Source of the DNA: the human T2T-CHM13v2.0 reference genome, Homo sapiens
Strand: one strand, 5' to 3'
NCBI RefSeq assembly: GCF_009914755.1
Contig: NC_060929.1
DNA: 64,000 nt
Shown piece by piece: positions 14,680 through 37,755 of the stretch (within the stretch, counting starts at the first letter, position 1; each line of letters opens with the position of its first letter). Below the pieces are notes generated by a model. The model did not search any database. It was given only the letters and a program-made list of their open reading frames with translations, and had not been told where the DNA came from. A program made the translations under genes and the position numbers.

Positions 14680-15500
14680 GGTCTGTAAGCATATTCAATT
14701 CTTACATATTTAAAATATGATTACCATTAGAAGTTTATCTTCTACATTTCTGACGGAAATTACGCTATGGGTATTTATTCCATTTGTTTTGCTTGTCTTT
14801 GTCTTTATCTTTCTATACCCTGCCTCCTTTCTCCTCTTCCAATGAAATCAATATTAATAGTCTGGTATACATTACCCTTCTAATTTTTCATATTTTTAAG
14901 TAAAAATTATACACACAGAAGCATACATGTAATGCAATTTGCTTTTTTGTAAAACTATATTACACTGCTCCAACTATACTGATACATACATCTCTAATAT
15001 TACTTTCAATAGCTGCAGAATATTATAGTCTATATGTATATACCTATGTATTTTATCCTGCCTAATTTATGACCAACCAGATAATGCTGTAATAAACAAT
15101 GCAGACATGCTGACACATTCATTTCCATAGTGTTTATTCCCAGAAGTGAAATGGCTAGATCAAAGTGTAAGTGCATTGAAAACATATTACAAAATACTCC
15201 CTGATTATTTTTTCATTCCCTGCAACAATGTATGAGAGGATCCCTCTCTCTACTTTCCCACAAGCACTTTTGAATTTTTCACAATGTAATGAAAAAGGTT
15301 CTATCACATTTACTCTACTTTCACCTTGAAAGTTAAAGGAAGCAGGGTTTTCTTTAGTTTTCATTTGAAGTTCTATTTTGAAGATGTTTCTGTATGCCTT
15401 TGTTCATTTATTTTATTACGCCGATGGTTTTCTCCAACCTGTAAATCTTATTTGTTATAAATATTTTGTGTATTATATGTTTTCATTTGGCCAGACTTTT
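14680..15500 (-). mobile_element. Decayed L1ME-type 3' relic
   Basis: Antisense L1 3' phrases such as ataatgctgtaataaaca, ttcccagaagtgaaatggctagatcaaag and cattccctgcaacaatgtatgagagg. Confidence 0.6.
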
Positions 15501-15796
15501 TATAAAAAGTTGAAATCTTACATTAGGTATTATTTACAACATGTTTTTGCTACTTAGGATTAGGACTATGATTTGTTTTTTGTTTTTTTTTATTATACTT
15601 TAAGTTTTAGGGTACATGTGCACAATGTGCAGGTTTGTTACTTCTGTATACATGGGCCATGTTGGTGTGCTGCACCCATTAACTCATCATTTAGCATTAG
15701 GTATATCTCCTAATGCTATCCCTCCCCCCTCCCCCCACCCCACAACAGGCCCCGGTGCGTGATGTTCCCCTTCCTGTGTCCATGTGTTCTCATTGT

Positions 15797-19618
<3,822 letters not shown>

Positions 19619-19681
19619 TATGATGTTAGCTGGTTCTTTTGCTTGTTAGTTGATGCAGTTTCTTCCTAGCCTCGATGGTCT

Positions 19682-20698
19682 TTACATTTTGGCATGTTTT
19701 TGCAGCAGCTGGTACCAGTTGTGCCTTTCCATGTTTAGTGCTTCCTTCAGGAGCTCTTTTAGGGCAGGCCTGGTGGTGACAAAATCTCTCAGCATTTGCT
19801 TGTCTGTAAAGGATTTTATTTCTCCTTCACTTATGAAGCTTAGTTTGGCTGGATATGAAATTCTGGGTTGAAAATTCTTTTCTTTAAGAATGTTGAATAT
19901 TGGCCCCCACTGTCTTCTGGCTTGTAGAGTTTCTGCCAAGAGATCCGCTGTTAGTCTGATGGGCTTCCCTTTGTGGGTAACCTGTTCTTTCTCTCTGGCT
20001 GCCCTTAACATTTTTTCCTTCATTTCAACTTTGGTGAATCTGACAATTATGTGTCTTGGAGTTGCTCTTCTTGAGGAGTATCTTTGTGGCGTTCTCTGTA
20101 TTTCCTGAATCTGAATGTTGGCCTGCCTTGCTAGATTGGGGAAGTTCTCCTGGATAATATCCCGCAGAGTGTTTTCCAACTTGGTTCCATTCTCCCCTTC
20201 ACTTTCAGGTACACCAATCAGACGTAGATTTGGTCTTTTCACAGAGTCCCATATTTCTTGCAGGCTTTGTTCGTTTCTTTTTATTCTTTTTTCTCTAAAC
20301 TTCCCTTCTCACTTCATTTCATTCATTTCGTCTTCCATCACTGATACCCTTTCTTCCAGTTGATCGCATCTGCTCCTGAGGCTTCTGCATTCTTCACGTA
20401 GTTCTCGAGCCTTGGCTTTCAGCTCCATCGGCTCCTTTAAGGACTTCTCTGCATCGGTTATTCTAGGTATCCATTCGTCTAAGTTTTTTTCAAAGTTTTT
20501 AACTTCTTTGCCATTGGTTTGAATTTCCTCCTGTAGCTCAGAGTAGTTTGACCATCTGAAGCCTTCTTCTCTCAACTCATCAAAATCATTCTCTGTCCAG
20601 CTTTGTTCCATTGCTGGTGAGGAGCTGTGTTCCTTTGGAGGAGGAGAGACGATCTGGTTTTCAGAGCTTCCAGTTTTTCTGTTCTGTTTTTTCCCCAT
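19682..20698 (-). pseudogene. LINE-1 ORF1 (RNA-binding protein), with one in-frame stop
   Basis: MGKKQNRKTG...EMNEMK* is followed in the same frame by ...KRPNLRLIGVPE...RISYPAKLSF...HAKM. The stop at 20309-20311 is consistent with CGA>TGA decay. Confidence 0.97.
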
Positions 20699-21291
20699 CT
20701 TTGTGGTTTTATCTACTTTTGGTCTTTGATGATGGTGACGGACAAATGGGTTTTTGGTGTGGATGTCCTTTCTGTTTGTTAGTTTTCCTTCTAAGAGACA
20801 GGACCCTCAGCTGCAGGTCTGTTGGAATTTGCTAGAGGTCCACTCCAGACCCTGTTTGCCTGGGTATCAGCAGCAGTGGCTGCAGAACAGTGGTGGCTGT
20901 AGAACAGCGGATATTGGTGAACAGCAAATGCTGCTGCCTGATCGTTCCTCTGGAAGTTTTGTCTCGGAGGAGTACCCGGCTGTGTGAGGTGTCAGTCTGC
21001 CCCTACTGGGGGGTGCCTCCCAGTTAGGCTGCTCAGGGGTCAGGGACCCACTTGAGGAGGCAGTCTGCCTGTTCTCAGATCTCCAGCTGCGTGCTGGGAG
21101 AACCACTACTCTCTTCAAAGCTGTCAGACGGGGACATTTAAGTCTGCAGAGGTTACTGCTGTCTTTTTGTTTGTCTGTGCCCTGCTCCCAGAGGTGGAGC
21201 CTACAGAGGCAGGAAGGCCTCCTTGAGCTGTGGTGGGCTCCACCCAGTTCGAGCTTCCCAGCTGCTTTGTTTACCTAATCAAGCCTGGGCA

Positions 21292-21466
21292 ATGGCGGGC
21301 GCCCCTCCCCCATCCTGGCTGCTGCCTTGCAGTTTGATCTCAGACTGCTGTGCTAGCAATCAGTGAGACTCCGTGGGTATAGGACCCTCCCAGCCAGGTG
21401 CGGGTTATAATCTCCTGGTGTGCTGTTTTTTAAGCCCATAGGAAAAGCGCAGTATTAGGGTGGGAA
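21292..21466 (+). pseudogene. L1 antisense ORF0 relic
   Basis: atggcgggcgcccctccccca... translates MAGAPPPSWLLPCSLISDCCASNQ* with TGA at 21364-21366, matching the ORF0 N-terminus. Confidence 0.85.
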
Positions 21467-22373
21467 ATAGTTCATTTTTTTACTATAAAAAATAATGCCT
21501 GTCAGAAAGCATTTATTATTTTATTTATTATATTTATTTATTATATTTTTAGTTTGGGGTCCTAGAATGAGAATTAGTGGATTCAAACTAATAATATTTA
21601 AACCTGCTAATTAATATTTCTGATAAATGTAAGTAATTTCTTTGCAGTTTTTCTTTTACTATGTTACCAATGAAAATAAATTGAGAAATCAATAGTTTTA
21701 CATATTACAGTGCTTTAAAACATGGTTTATTTTACTTAATCTTTGCATAAAATTATTCAATTTTCTTTTGCTTAGTGAATTACTTCCTCTATATTTCCAA
21801 TAACTAACTTTCATATTTATGCTATTTTTCCCTTCTGAGTGATAACTCCCTACATGATAATTTGTGAAAATGATTCTTTATGTTTAATGAATACTCAGCT
21901 TAGAAGGCTAAAAAGGATTTATGTTCACATGTTAAATATTTAAGAATGTACATTAAAGATAATTCTCCAAGTTAGTTCACATCACTATTATAAATAATCT
22001 AATTTAGAAAGTCTATGTTTTTGTTTGCTTCCCTCAGTTTTGAATTATAATTTGAATGGCTGGAAGGCAAGAAAATATCTGTATTTCATGCACTAAATCC
22101 CCAGTCTCTAGAACAGAACCTGGTATAAAATTATACAATTTAAAACTTTTTTGATAAATGAAAGAATTGAATGAATTTTTGGCAACTATATAGAAACAAT
22201 AACTTGTTGGAGTATAATTTTATATGAATTAAAAACATTTATTTTGATTTTATTCAGAAAATATTCACATTCTTTTCATTTTTCCCCGGGCATTTGTCAC
22301 CTTCTTATTGATATTTATGAATTATTTAATAAGACTTTAATAGACTAGGAAAAAATATATATATATATGTATA

Positions 22374-22531
<158 letters not shown>

Positions 22532-22779
22532 TAAAATTCTTTTCATTTGTGGAATTTTTTTTTGAAGAAAAAAATCTCAGGATTCATTGAAAACAAAAAA
22601 TGCTGAATAAGACTGAAGCTGGAAAAATTGTAATTTTGACTTTTGGAAAGGAAAAAATATTTATATTTTGAAAATCAGAGGGTTTCACATCAATCTCAGG
22701 CAAGAATTCAGAGCTGATACTTACAATGATGTATCGCAAGCAACTAGAAAAGAAAGGAGTAATCAATACTGTGGGTTGA

Positions 22780-23630
22780 CTATGAATAAGCCTTGTTAGA
22801 ATAAACTCATTGTCTTTTCTGACATGTTTACTAGACTAGAAAATCAGAAAAATGCAGCAGATATCAAATATCCAGATTTCAGTACGATACTTAAAAGTCT
22901 CTCATGATATCCTTATGAATGAGGTGAAGAAATATGAGTTGAATAATTACACACTTAAATGAATTTATATCTGATATAAAAAACTATACTCAAATGTTTC
23001 GAATTAATGGGCCACACCAATCTGGAGGGGTATTAGTTTTGTCCTGTGCCTTAAAAAAACATTTTATCCATGATTGAAATGGGGATATTTAATGCATATT
23101 GATAACATTTATGAATGATATGATGCTGGAATAAAAGAGAAAAATAAAACCAGAATCTACAGAAAATTAAGCCACATACATGTCAAAAAAGTTAACCTGG
23201 ACTCAGGTGACATGAATAGAAGCATAATATCTAAATGAAATCTGTGATATTTCTGATCTCTTCACCAGATCTCCTGAAGAACTGTGTTCAGTTCTAGGCA
23301 CTAATTAAAAAAAAAAAAAACATGAAAGACAAATAAATACAATGAATACCAATAATGCCAATAATAATAAAGCAAATCAGAAAAGAGGATCAAGTTCTAT
23401 AGGAAATCAAATATCATATCCTGTGATGGTAGTAGGATGAAGGAGAAAAGACTCGGGAAAGACATCTTAGTTGTTTCACAGGTTTTCTTACGGATAGAGA
23501 TAAGAACTCTAAAAAAAAAGGTAAACCAGAGTGAGTGGGTTTAAATAAGAGACATTTCTGTTGTCTATAAAGATCATTTTAATGTTGATAACTCCATAAA
23601 GGTGGAAACAGAACCTTTTGAGAGGAGTTC
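22780..23630 (+). mobile_element. L3/CR1 LINE relic
   Basis: CR1 RT-region phrases gatttcagtacgatacttaaaagtctctcatgatatccttatg and actgtgttcagttctaggcac. Confidence 0.7.
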
Positions 23631-23664
23631 AAAGAAGAGACTATAAAATCAAGATAGCAGAAAT

Positions 23665-29555
<5,891 letters not shown>

Positions 29556-30009
29556 AAGATAGCAGATACATTTTGTGGAATATAGGCATTTGTTTAGTTT
29601 TGGACTATGGTCGGTGCAAAAATCATTGCTACAATGAATCATACATTGAGTCAGTCAAATGTGTTTTTTATTATACAATCCACTGATCAAAAGTTAAACA
29701 TTGTTAGAGAACAACTTTTCAATGAATATAGGGTTATTTTTAGTTGAATTTAAGAAAATGTAACTATTTGTTTTTAATGTATATACAGAATTGAAGTCAT
29801 TAGGCCTAAGAGTCTACTTTATGAAGAAATTTACATAAAGTAGTCTGTTTTGGCTTAAGCAATAGGAAGAATATACACATGTGAAGCCAAAAAGATGAGG
29901 AAGAGATGACAATGTGTGCCTTTCCCTCAATATCCAATTCAGCTACAGTGGTTATTTGTACTCTACTATAGAGGTGGGTAGAGGTTAAAGGAAACATCTT
30001 CATAAACGC

Positions 30010-30280
30010 TATTTTAATGAAATAATTTACATACAGTTGCATAGATCCCTTATACAGTTCTATGAGTTTTGGCAAATGCATACATTGCACAACCACAATA
30101 AAAATACAGTTCCGTAACTCTAAAAATGTCCTTTGTGATCCCTTTTTACATAACTCTCTTCTCACCTCAAGCCCCTGGTCAATATTTATCTGGTTTTTGT
30201 CCCTATATTTTGCCTTTTCTAGAATGTCATATAATGTGAATTATACAGAACTTAGCCTTTTGAATCTGTTTTCTTCATGA
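30010..30280 (-). mobile_element. L1ME/L1MC 3' end fragment
   Basis: tacagttctatgagttttggcaaatgcatac...ttttgccttttctagaatgtcatata. Confidence 0.75.
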
Positions 30281-32376
30281 AGGTGATTTTAATGATATAA
30301 AGAAAAGTAATGCCTTTTACATTCTGGCTTGTTTTAGGCTGCACTGAGATGCCACAATCATGGCAAATACAGCAGATGTGATTAAAGATAAGTTGATGTT
30401 ATAATCAACAGTGGAGACATGGAGGAAAGCAACAATAGCTAGATGTGTAACATCAGTACTGAACAAATGTGAAACACCCTCTGAGGAGTCTCAGCAATAC
30501 CTAGAGAGAGTTTCCAGTGGGCTGAAATCCTGAAGTTGTACAGGTGGGAGAAAACAGCTCAGCGGAATTTCCATATTAACATTAACATGACCTTATTTGT
30601 ATTTCTTGGTTGATGAGCCTTGTAATCTTTAGGCTACAAAAGCATATAAAAATTGGTTAAAATAAATACATAAACACAAAACTCACAAACTAAATATTTT
30701 ATCAAGTGAAATGTTGAAAATAATGCTGACAATCTGAGAAAGATATAAATATACTGCATTTCTTCCAAAACTCAAGATGAAGAAGAGTTTAAAGAAAGAA
30801 ATCAAGAACTATATGTGGCCACGGACCAGACAGAAATAGATTAGTGGAAGGAAGTTGTTAAGTAAATGATTCTATTCTAAGACATTGGCATCACACTTCT
30901 TTTTTAACCATGGTCACTGGTCAAGTTCATCCCAGTGGATTTAAAGACACTAGATAAATTCAAGGATAAGCTGAGATCATATAGTTATTCACAGTGATGT
31001 AAATAGAAAAAGTTTACTCAAAGAAAAAAGCTAGTCAAACTTCCAAAATGCTCAACCAGAAAGTTGTTTTTTTAAATACACTCATTAGCAATAATTTTTT
31101 TCTTAAAGAGACACCATTCAAAATTGAGGTTTTTCTTTTAAAGACATTATTGACAAAGTTGGTTAATAGCTCAATTTTGTTCAGTCATAAATCTTACTCA
31201 TAATAAGTACTTAATACGTATTTGTTGGATGAATGATGAAACCAATTATTTTCAGTTTTCTTATGAATAGACATTAAACCTGTGAAATAACTAAAGTTTT
31301 CCACCAAAAGCGTTGAGTTTATTTTAAAATAGAAATGTCTTAGGCTAGATATTAAGATAGTTTACCCAAAAGTAGGTACAGATCTAATCTGAAGCACAAT
31401 GTCTTTTGCTTAGTAAAACACTACGATTCCATACATCCCTTTTGAGAGCAAGAGAGTAGGAGGTAGACTAGAAGGAGAAGGACGAGGACATGACTTGTAA
31501 TTAGGAAATGTGCATCATTCTGTCACTCAACCTGTGTGTCCCCCATACTCCTTCCTCTCAGTCTTTCCTGTGACTACATATATATTTACTTGCTGCAGAT
31601 CGCATTTAGACACAAACTTATCCAGAATGTAAGTCCTTTTCAGTGCTAGTTCAACCCTCTTACCAGGGCTCTAGGGGAATTGCAAATGCACTTCCTTATT
31701 GTGGCAAACAACCTTCCTTCTTTTCAAATGTTATTGCCAGTTTACTCATAGATAGATGTTGCTCGGCGATTGGTTCTCAGTTGCTTCTGTGTTTGGATGT
31801 GACCCCTTTCTCTGGCTTTTCACAAGAATTGAAATCAGTGGCGCATCATAAGCCAAGGAATTCACAGATCCAGCTCTACAAAGTCATATGTTAACTGACC
31901 TAAGCTATGTCACTCTTCAGCCAAAGCTCTTTTTGACAAATTTGGGTAGTCTTCAGTGGGTAGAAATAGGAGAGGGTTTTATTTCCTATCCAAAAATGAA
32001 GAGGCATACTGCAATGAAAATAAATATTTGACAAGTTCCTGGTAAATAGTAATTTTTTCCAAAAGGTGCATAAAAACAGTCCCAAAACCTCTCACTATTT
32101 TCAAAGCTTCCTTTTCATTCCTAGGCATGAACCTTAAGTGAAAAGTCAGCGACACTAACATTCCCAGAGCTTCGTAGTCAGGACAGGAAGAAGGGTGCTC
32201 CACTCACCACCAATAGGACCCCAATCTCAGGAGCTAAAATCAGATAATTGAATATTTATGCAAGGGTGGAGAATATTGTACAATATTCTCAACCAATATA
32301 ACATTCATGATAAATCCTCAACCTGACAAAAACATTAAAAACCTACCATTAAAACATACTTAATAGTGAAAGTGGA

Positions 32377-32707
<331 letters not shown>

Positions 32708-32896
32708 TCAACACTCTTTTTTAATATAATACTCAAGTCGTAGTCACTGAAATAGGGCCAAAAAAGAAATAAAAGGCATAACAATTCAAAAGAATGGAAT
32801 AAAACTATACTGTTACAGATGCCATGATTGTTTATGGAGAAAACCACAAGGAACCTACGAAAATACTCCTAGAACAAGATCACAGAATATAAAATT

Positions 32897-33198
<302 letters not shown>

Positions 33199-35201
33199 TT
33201 CAGAATATAAAAATTAATGTGCAAAGTTCAAATGCATTTCTGTATACTCATAATGAGCATGGGAAAAACAGCAATTTAAAACAGAATACCATTTACAATT
33301 ACTCCAAACACAATAAAAAACATAGGTATACGTTTCATGAATTAGGTACAGGCTATGTATAAAAAAATCGCAAAATGCTAATGAATTGCATCAAATAAAA
33401 CATAAATAAGAGATATAACAAACCTGTTATATAACCAATCTGTTATCTCTCCATTTAAATTTCTTTGATTCATGTTTTCTAACATTCGTAATATCTAAGA
33501 TTCATGAATTGGGAAACTCAATAAGAAAGATTCTCCTCAAATGAATTTATTGATTTAATGAAAGCTTACAAAACTCCCTACAGAAGTTCCTGTAGACATA
33601 GAAAAATATAAAATTTCTATGGAAAATTAAAGATATTAGAATAACTCTAATATTCTTGAAATAAGAATAAAATACACAATTACTTTCCTTAATAATTAAG
33701 GCCTCCTCTGTAGCTATAATAATAAAGATACTGTGCTTCTGGAAGAAGAACAAACATAAGTTTGTATAACATAATTGAAAACCCAGAAATATATTCTCAA
33801 CTGATATTTTTACAAAAGTAAAAATCATTTCAATGAAGAAAAGATTGTCTTTTCAATAATGGTGCTGAAACACCCCTGTGTGAGTCTATGGAGGGCAAAA
33901 AAAAAAAAAAAAAAAAAAAGGACTTTGACCTTTGACTTAAACCTCACAACTTTACAAAAACTCAAAACGGATCATGATCTGAAATGTAAAAATTACAACC
34001 ATAAAACTTTTAGAAAAAAAGAAAATCTTCAGAATTTTTCATCAAAATTTTTACACAACACAAAAAGCAAAAAGCATGATTCATAAAATAAAAACTTAAC
34101 AAATTGAATCTGATCAAAATTATTTTGCTCTGCAAAAGATTATGATTATTACAACGTGAAAACACAAACTACAAATTGGAAAGTAAATTTCAGTCATATA
34201 GCTGACAAGTGACTAGTATCTAGATTATATAAAGAACTCTCAAGATTCAGTAGTTAAAAAAAATCCATAGGAAAATAGACAAAAGACATGAACATACATT
34301 TTACTGAAGAGAATATATAGATGGGAAATAAGCCTATGAAAATGTTATTATTATAATTAGCCATCAGAGAAATGCAAATTAAAACCACAATGGGCAATTA
34401 TTAATAGTACAAACTAATCAGAATGAAGCAAATAAAAAATAGTGACAACACCAAATTTTATTGAAGATGCAGAGAAACTGAGTCACTCCTACATTGTTGT
34501 CGGTAATGCAAATGGTATAACCATTCTAAAAAATAATATGGTAATTTCTTAATTAAATATGTGATTACCACATGACCTAAATATTACATTCACTTATCAC
34601 TGAGAAATAGAAATTTATGTGTACACAAAAACCTATAAATGAATATATATAGCAGATTTATTTGTAACAGCACAAAACTGTAAACAGACTAGAAGTTCTT
34701 CAACAGACAAATAGTTAAACTAAAAACTCTTGTACATCCATACCACAGAATACTGTACAGCAATAAAAAAGAGCAAACTATTCATACATGTAGCATGCAG
34801 AAACTTCAGTGAATCTCCAGGGATTGAGTGAAAAAAAAGCAAATCTGTAAAGATTATATTATATAATCCCATTTACATACCATATTGAAATGACAAAGTA
34901 TTAGAAAGGGAGAACGTATTAGTAGTTGTCAATGTTTAGTCAGTGATGGGGTAGGATGGAGGGAGGTGGATGTGGTTGTTAAGAAGGCAGCAGGAAGGAT
35001 CCTGGTGGTGCTGAAACTGTTTAGTTTCTTGACTGTGGCAGTGGATGCACAAACCTAGACATAAGATACATTTGTGTAGAATTAATACACACACACAAAT
35101 ACAAGGAAAGCTGAGGAAATGTGAATTGCATGGGTGGATGTGTCAATGTTAATATCCTGGTTTTGATATTGCACTACAATTTTACAAAATGACAACATTG
35201 T

Positions 35202-35508
35202 GGGCAGGTGAGGTGGCTCACACCCATAATCTCAGCACTTTGGGAGGCTGAGGCAGGTGGATCACTTGAGGTCAGGAGTTCGAGAACAACCTAGCCAAAG
35301 TGGTGAAACCCCGTCTCTACTAAAAATACAAAAATTATCTGGGTGTAGTGGTGCATGCTTGTAATCCCAGCTACTTGGGAAGCTTAGATGGGAGGATCAC
35401 TTGAACACAGGAGGCAGTGGTTGCAGTGTCCAGATTGCACTACTGCACTCCAGCCTGGGTGACAGAGCGAGACTCCATCTCAAAAAAAAAAAAAAAAAAA
35501 AAAAAAAA
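35202..35508 (+). mobile_element. AluSz-type element
   Basis: Full dimer with A tail and a degenerate TSD (aacattg on both sides). Confidence 0.95.
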
Positions 35509-37379
35509 GGTAACATTGGGGTAAACCAAGTGCAGAGTCAGAGTCTCTCTACATTATTCCTTACAATTAATTTAATATACAATTATATCAGTAAAAATGC
35601 CAATTAAACATAAAATAAACTGCAACAGAGAAAAATGGAGCAACCCCACACAAAAAGGCTGAAAATTAGGAAGACATTCCCTTGTCTTCCACAGATCAAG
35701 CCTCTATTATGAACATAAGGATGCTGTGAATTTCAAAAGAACACAGCATGAAAGGTCAGAACAATGGAGTTTTGTAACATTATTGCAAACAAATATTTGT
35801 TTATATTTTACAAAACAGACTTAGAAAGTAAGATGTAGTATTTATAAATGTTGTCTTTCTTATTTAAGTGCCCTATTTTTTATTTAAACATTTTGCTTTA
35901 TATCTGCCAGCCCAATGTCCCTACAAAAAAGAGTTCCTTCCCACGTAGTCCTTGTTCATTTCCTGTAGTCCTTGTCCTGTGTATGCCTTGTACATTTGAG
36001 TGCCTCAGACTTCTATGAAAGAGGGAAGAGAGGCTTTTCAAATTCCAGTACAAGAAAAAAATGGCTAATTTTTCAATAAGTTTCTTAAGAAACAAGTAAA
36101 TGGAGGAGAGAATTAACGTTTCTCGGAAACAAGCAGTATATTTTTATAAGAAGATACGACTTATCACATGTAAGCACTGCTCTGACTTTGTGCTTCCAAC
36201 ATAGTAACCCTAAGAAATAGTTTAGTCCTTCCTGAGAGCCTCTGTAATAGTTGATGGCTCACTATGTCTTCCAGGACAAAATGTGATTAGATTAAATTAG
36301 ATCCTGTAATCTTCGCCCCAACAATAAATCAAGCCACCATATAAATAGACAGAATTCCCACTTCCCTCATTTCTTCCCCATTTTCTCACATTTCACTTCT
36401 TCTCTTTCTCCCTCAAGCCTCATGAATCCAGTTCTCAGCAAAACATAGTTCCTATTCTCCCCAGTAGTAACACATTCCCATAGTTAAGCTTTCTTTTCTC
36501 CTTCAACATACTGAAATCTTTATCCGTTAGGGATAGTTTCTGTTAGGAGATATATCGCTTCTTCAAATGTAAATAGTTGATAGGTCTTAGCTTTACTATA
36601 TCCCCAAAGGAGGGCTTATTAACAACAACAGCATCAAAAAAAAAAAAAATTCAAGGGAGAGAAGCTTGGAGTCTGGAGCCTCATATTGTTTCAAACAGGA
36701 ACACTAGGCAAAGCAAAGCAAATAGAATACTTGAAGTCAATAAGTAGTGTTTTAGTCCGATGTTTCTCCTGATCATTGTTAGAACTGTGTGTGAACCTTG
36801 AGAGGCAGCCAAATAACAGTCCTCTATGCTGGACTTGAATAGCATGAATAAAGAAGAATTCTGTGTCCCAGGACACAGGTTACATTTAGACCAGGCTTGA
36901 CATTAACAATTTAGATATATAATAAGTAAAAGTCTGTGTGCCTCTGACTTCTACTCATCAGATAATATTTTTGTCCCTTGAGGACCATTTCTAAAAAGCT
37001 CAATCTTTCTTCTGCATGACACAATGTACTTGAAAAGCTGTTACCTCTCAACTGACTCTTACAGTCATTAGATTAAACATCAATTGCTCCTAAAAGTGTG
37101 TGTCATATGATATGATATGATTCCAATGCCTTTCACTATTATGAAGACACTCCTCTGAGCAATTAGTCTACCATCTTTTAAAATTATGATATTCAAAAAT
37201 AAATGCAATATTACAGATGTTTTTGCCTTCACACTGAAGATGGTCTTAAAATGCAGTCTAAGAGTGGTCACTTTTTATTTTCATATATCAGACTCTCAAA
37301 TTTATATGAACCTCTTCAGGAAATGTGTTGACATACATATCTACCTAATCAATAAATGTTATTAGTTTTTCCTTCAGAT

Positions 37380-37755
37380 AATTCTAGAATCCACAGCAAT
37401 TTGTTTCTATGCTTTAATGGTGAGGCATTGAAGATCTCATCTTGGTTCAAGCCACAGTCATCTGTCACATAGACCATTACAACCAGCTCCTAACTGGTCT
37501 CTTTGTTTCAAATTTTGCCTATCACAGTCTATTTTCTATACGGTGATAAAGTGTCAAAGTGGACTTTCACAAAACAAAGGCAGATCACATCCCTCATCTG
37601 CTCAGTGACTTTTTTCCCCACTGAATATGGAATTAGATTGTCTACTGTCACTAAAATATAAGCTCCATGAGGGTGTAAATTTTTGTCTGTTTATTCACTG
37701 CTGTATCTCCAGTCCTTAGAATGGTGCCAGCCACTTAATAATTTACTCATAAATA
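37380..37755 (+). mobile_element. L2 LINE 3' fragment
   Basis: cagctcctaactggtctc; taagctccatgagggt...tttgtctgtttattcactgctgtatctccagtccttagaatggtgcc. Confidence 0.85.

Noticed and set aside
15720-15741. G-quadruplex-forming tract on the minus strand (also ~55828-55849)
   Set aside because: It is a standard feature of L1PA 3'UTRs.
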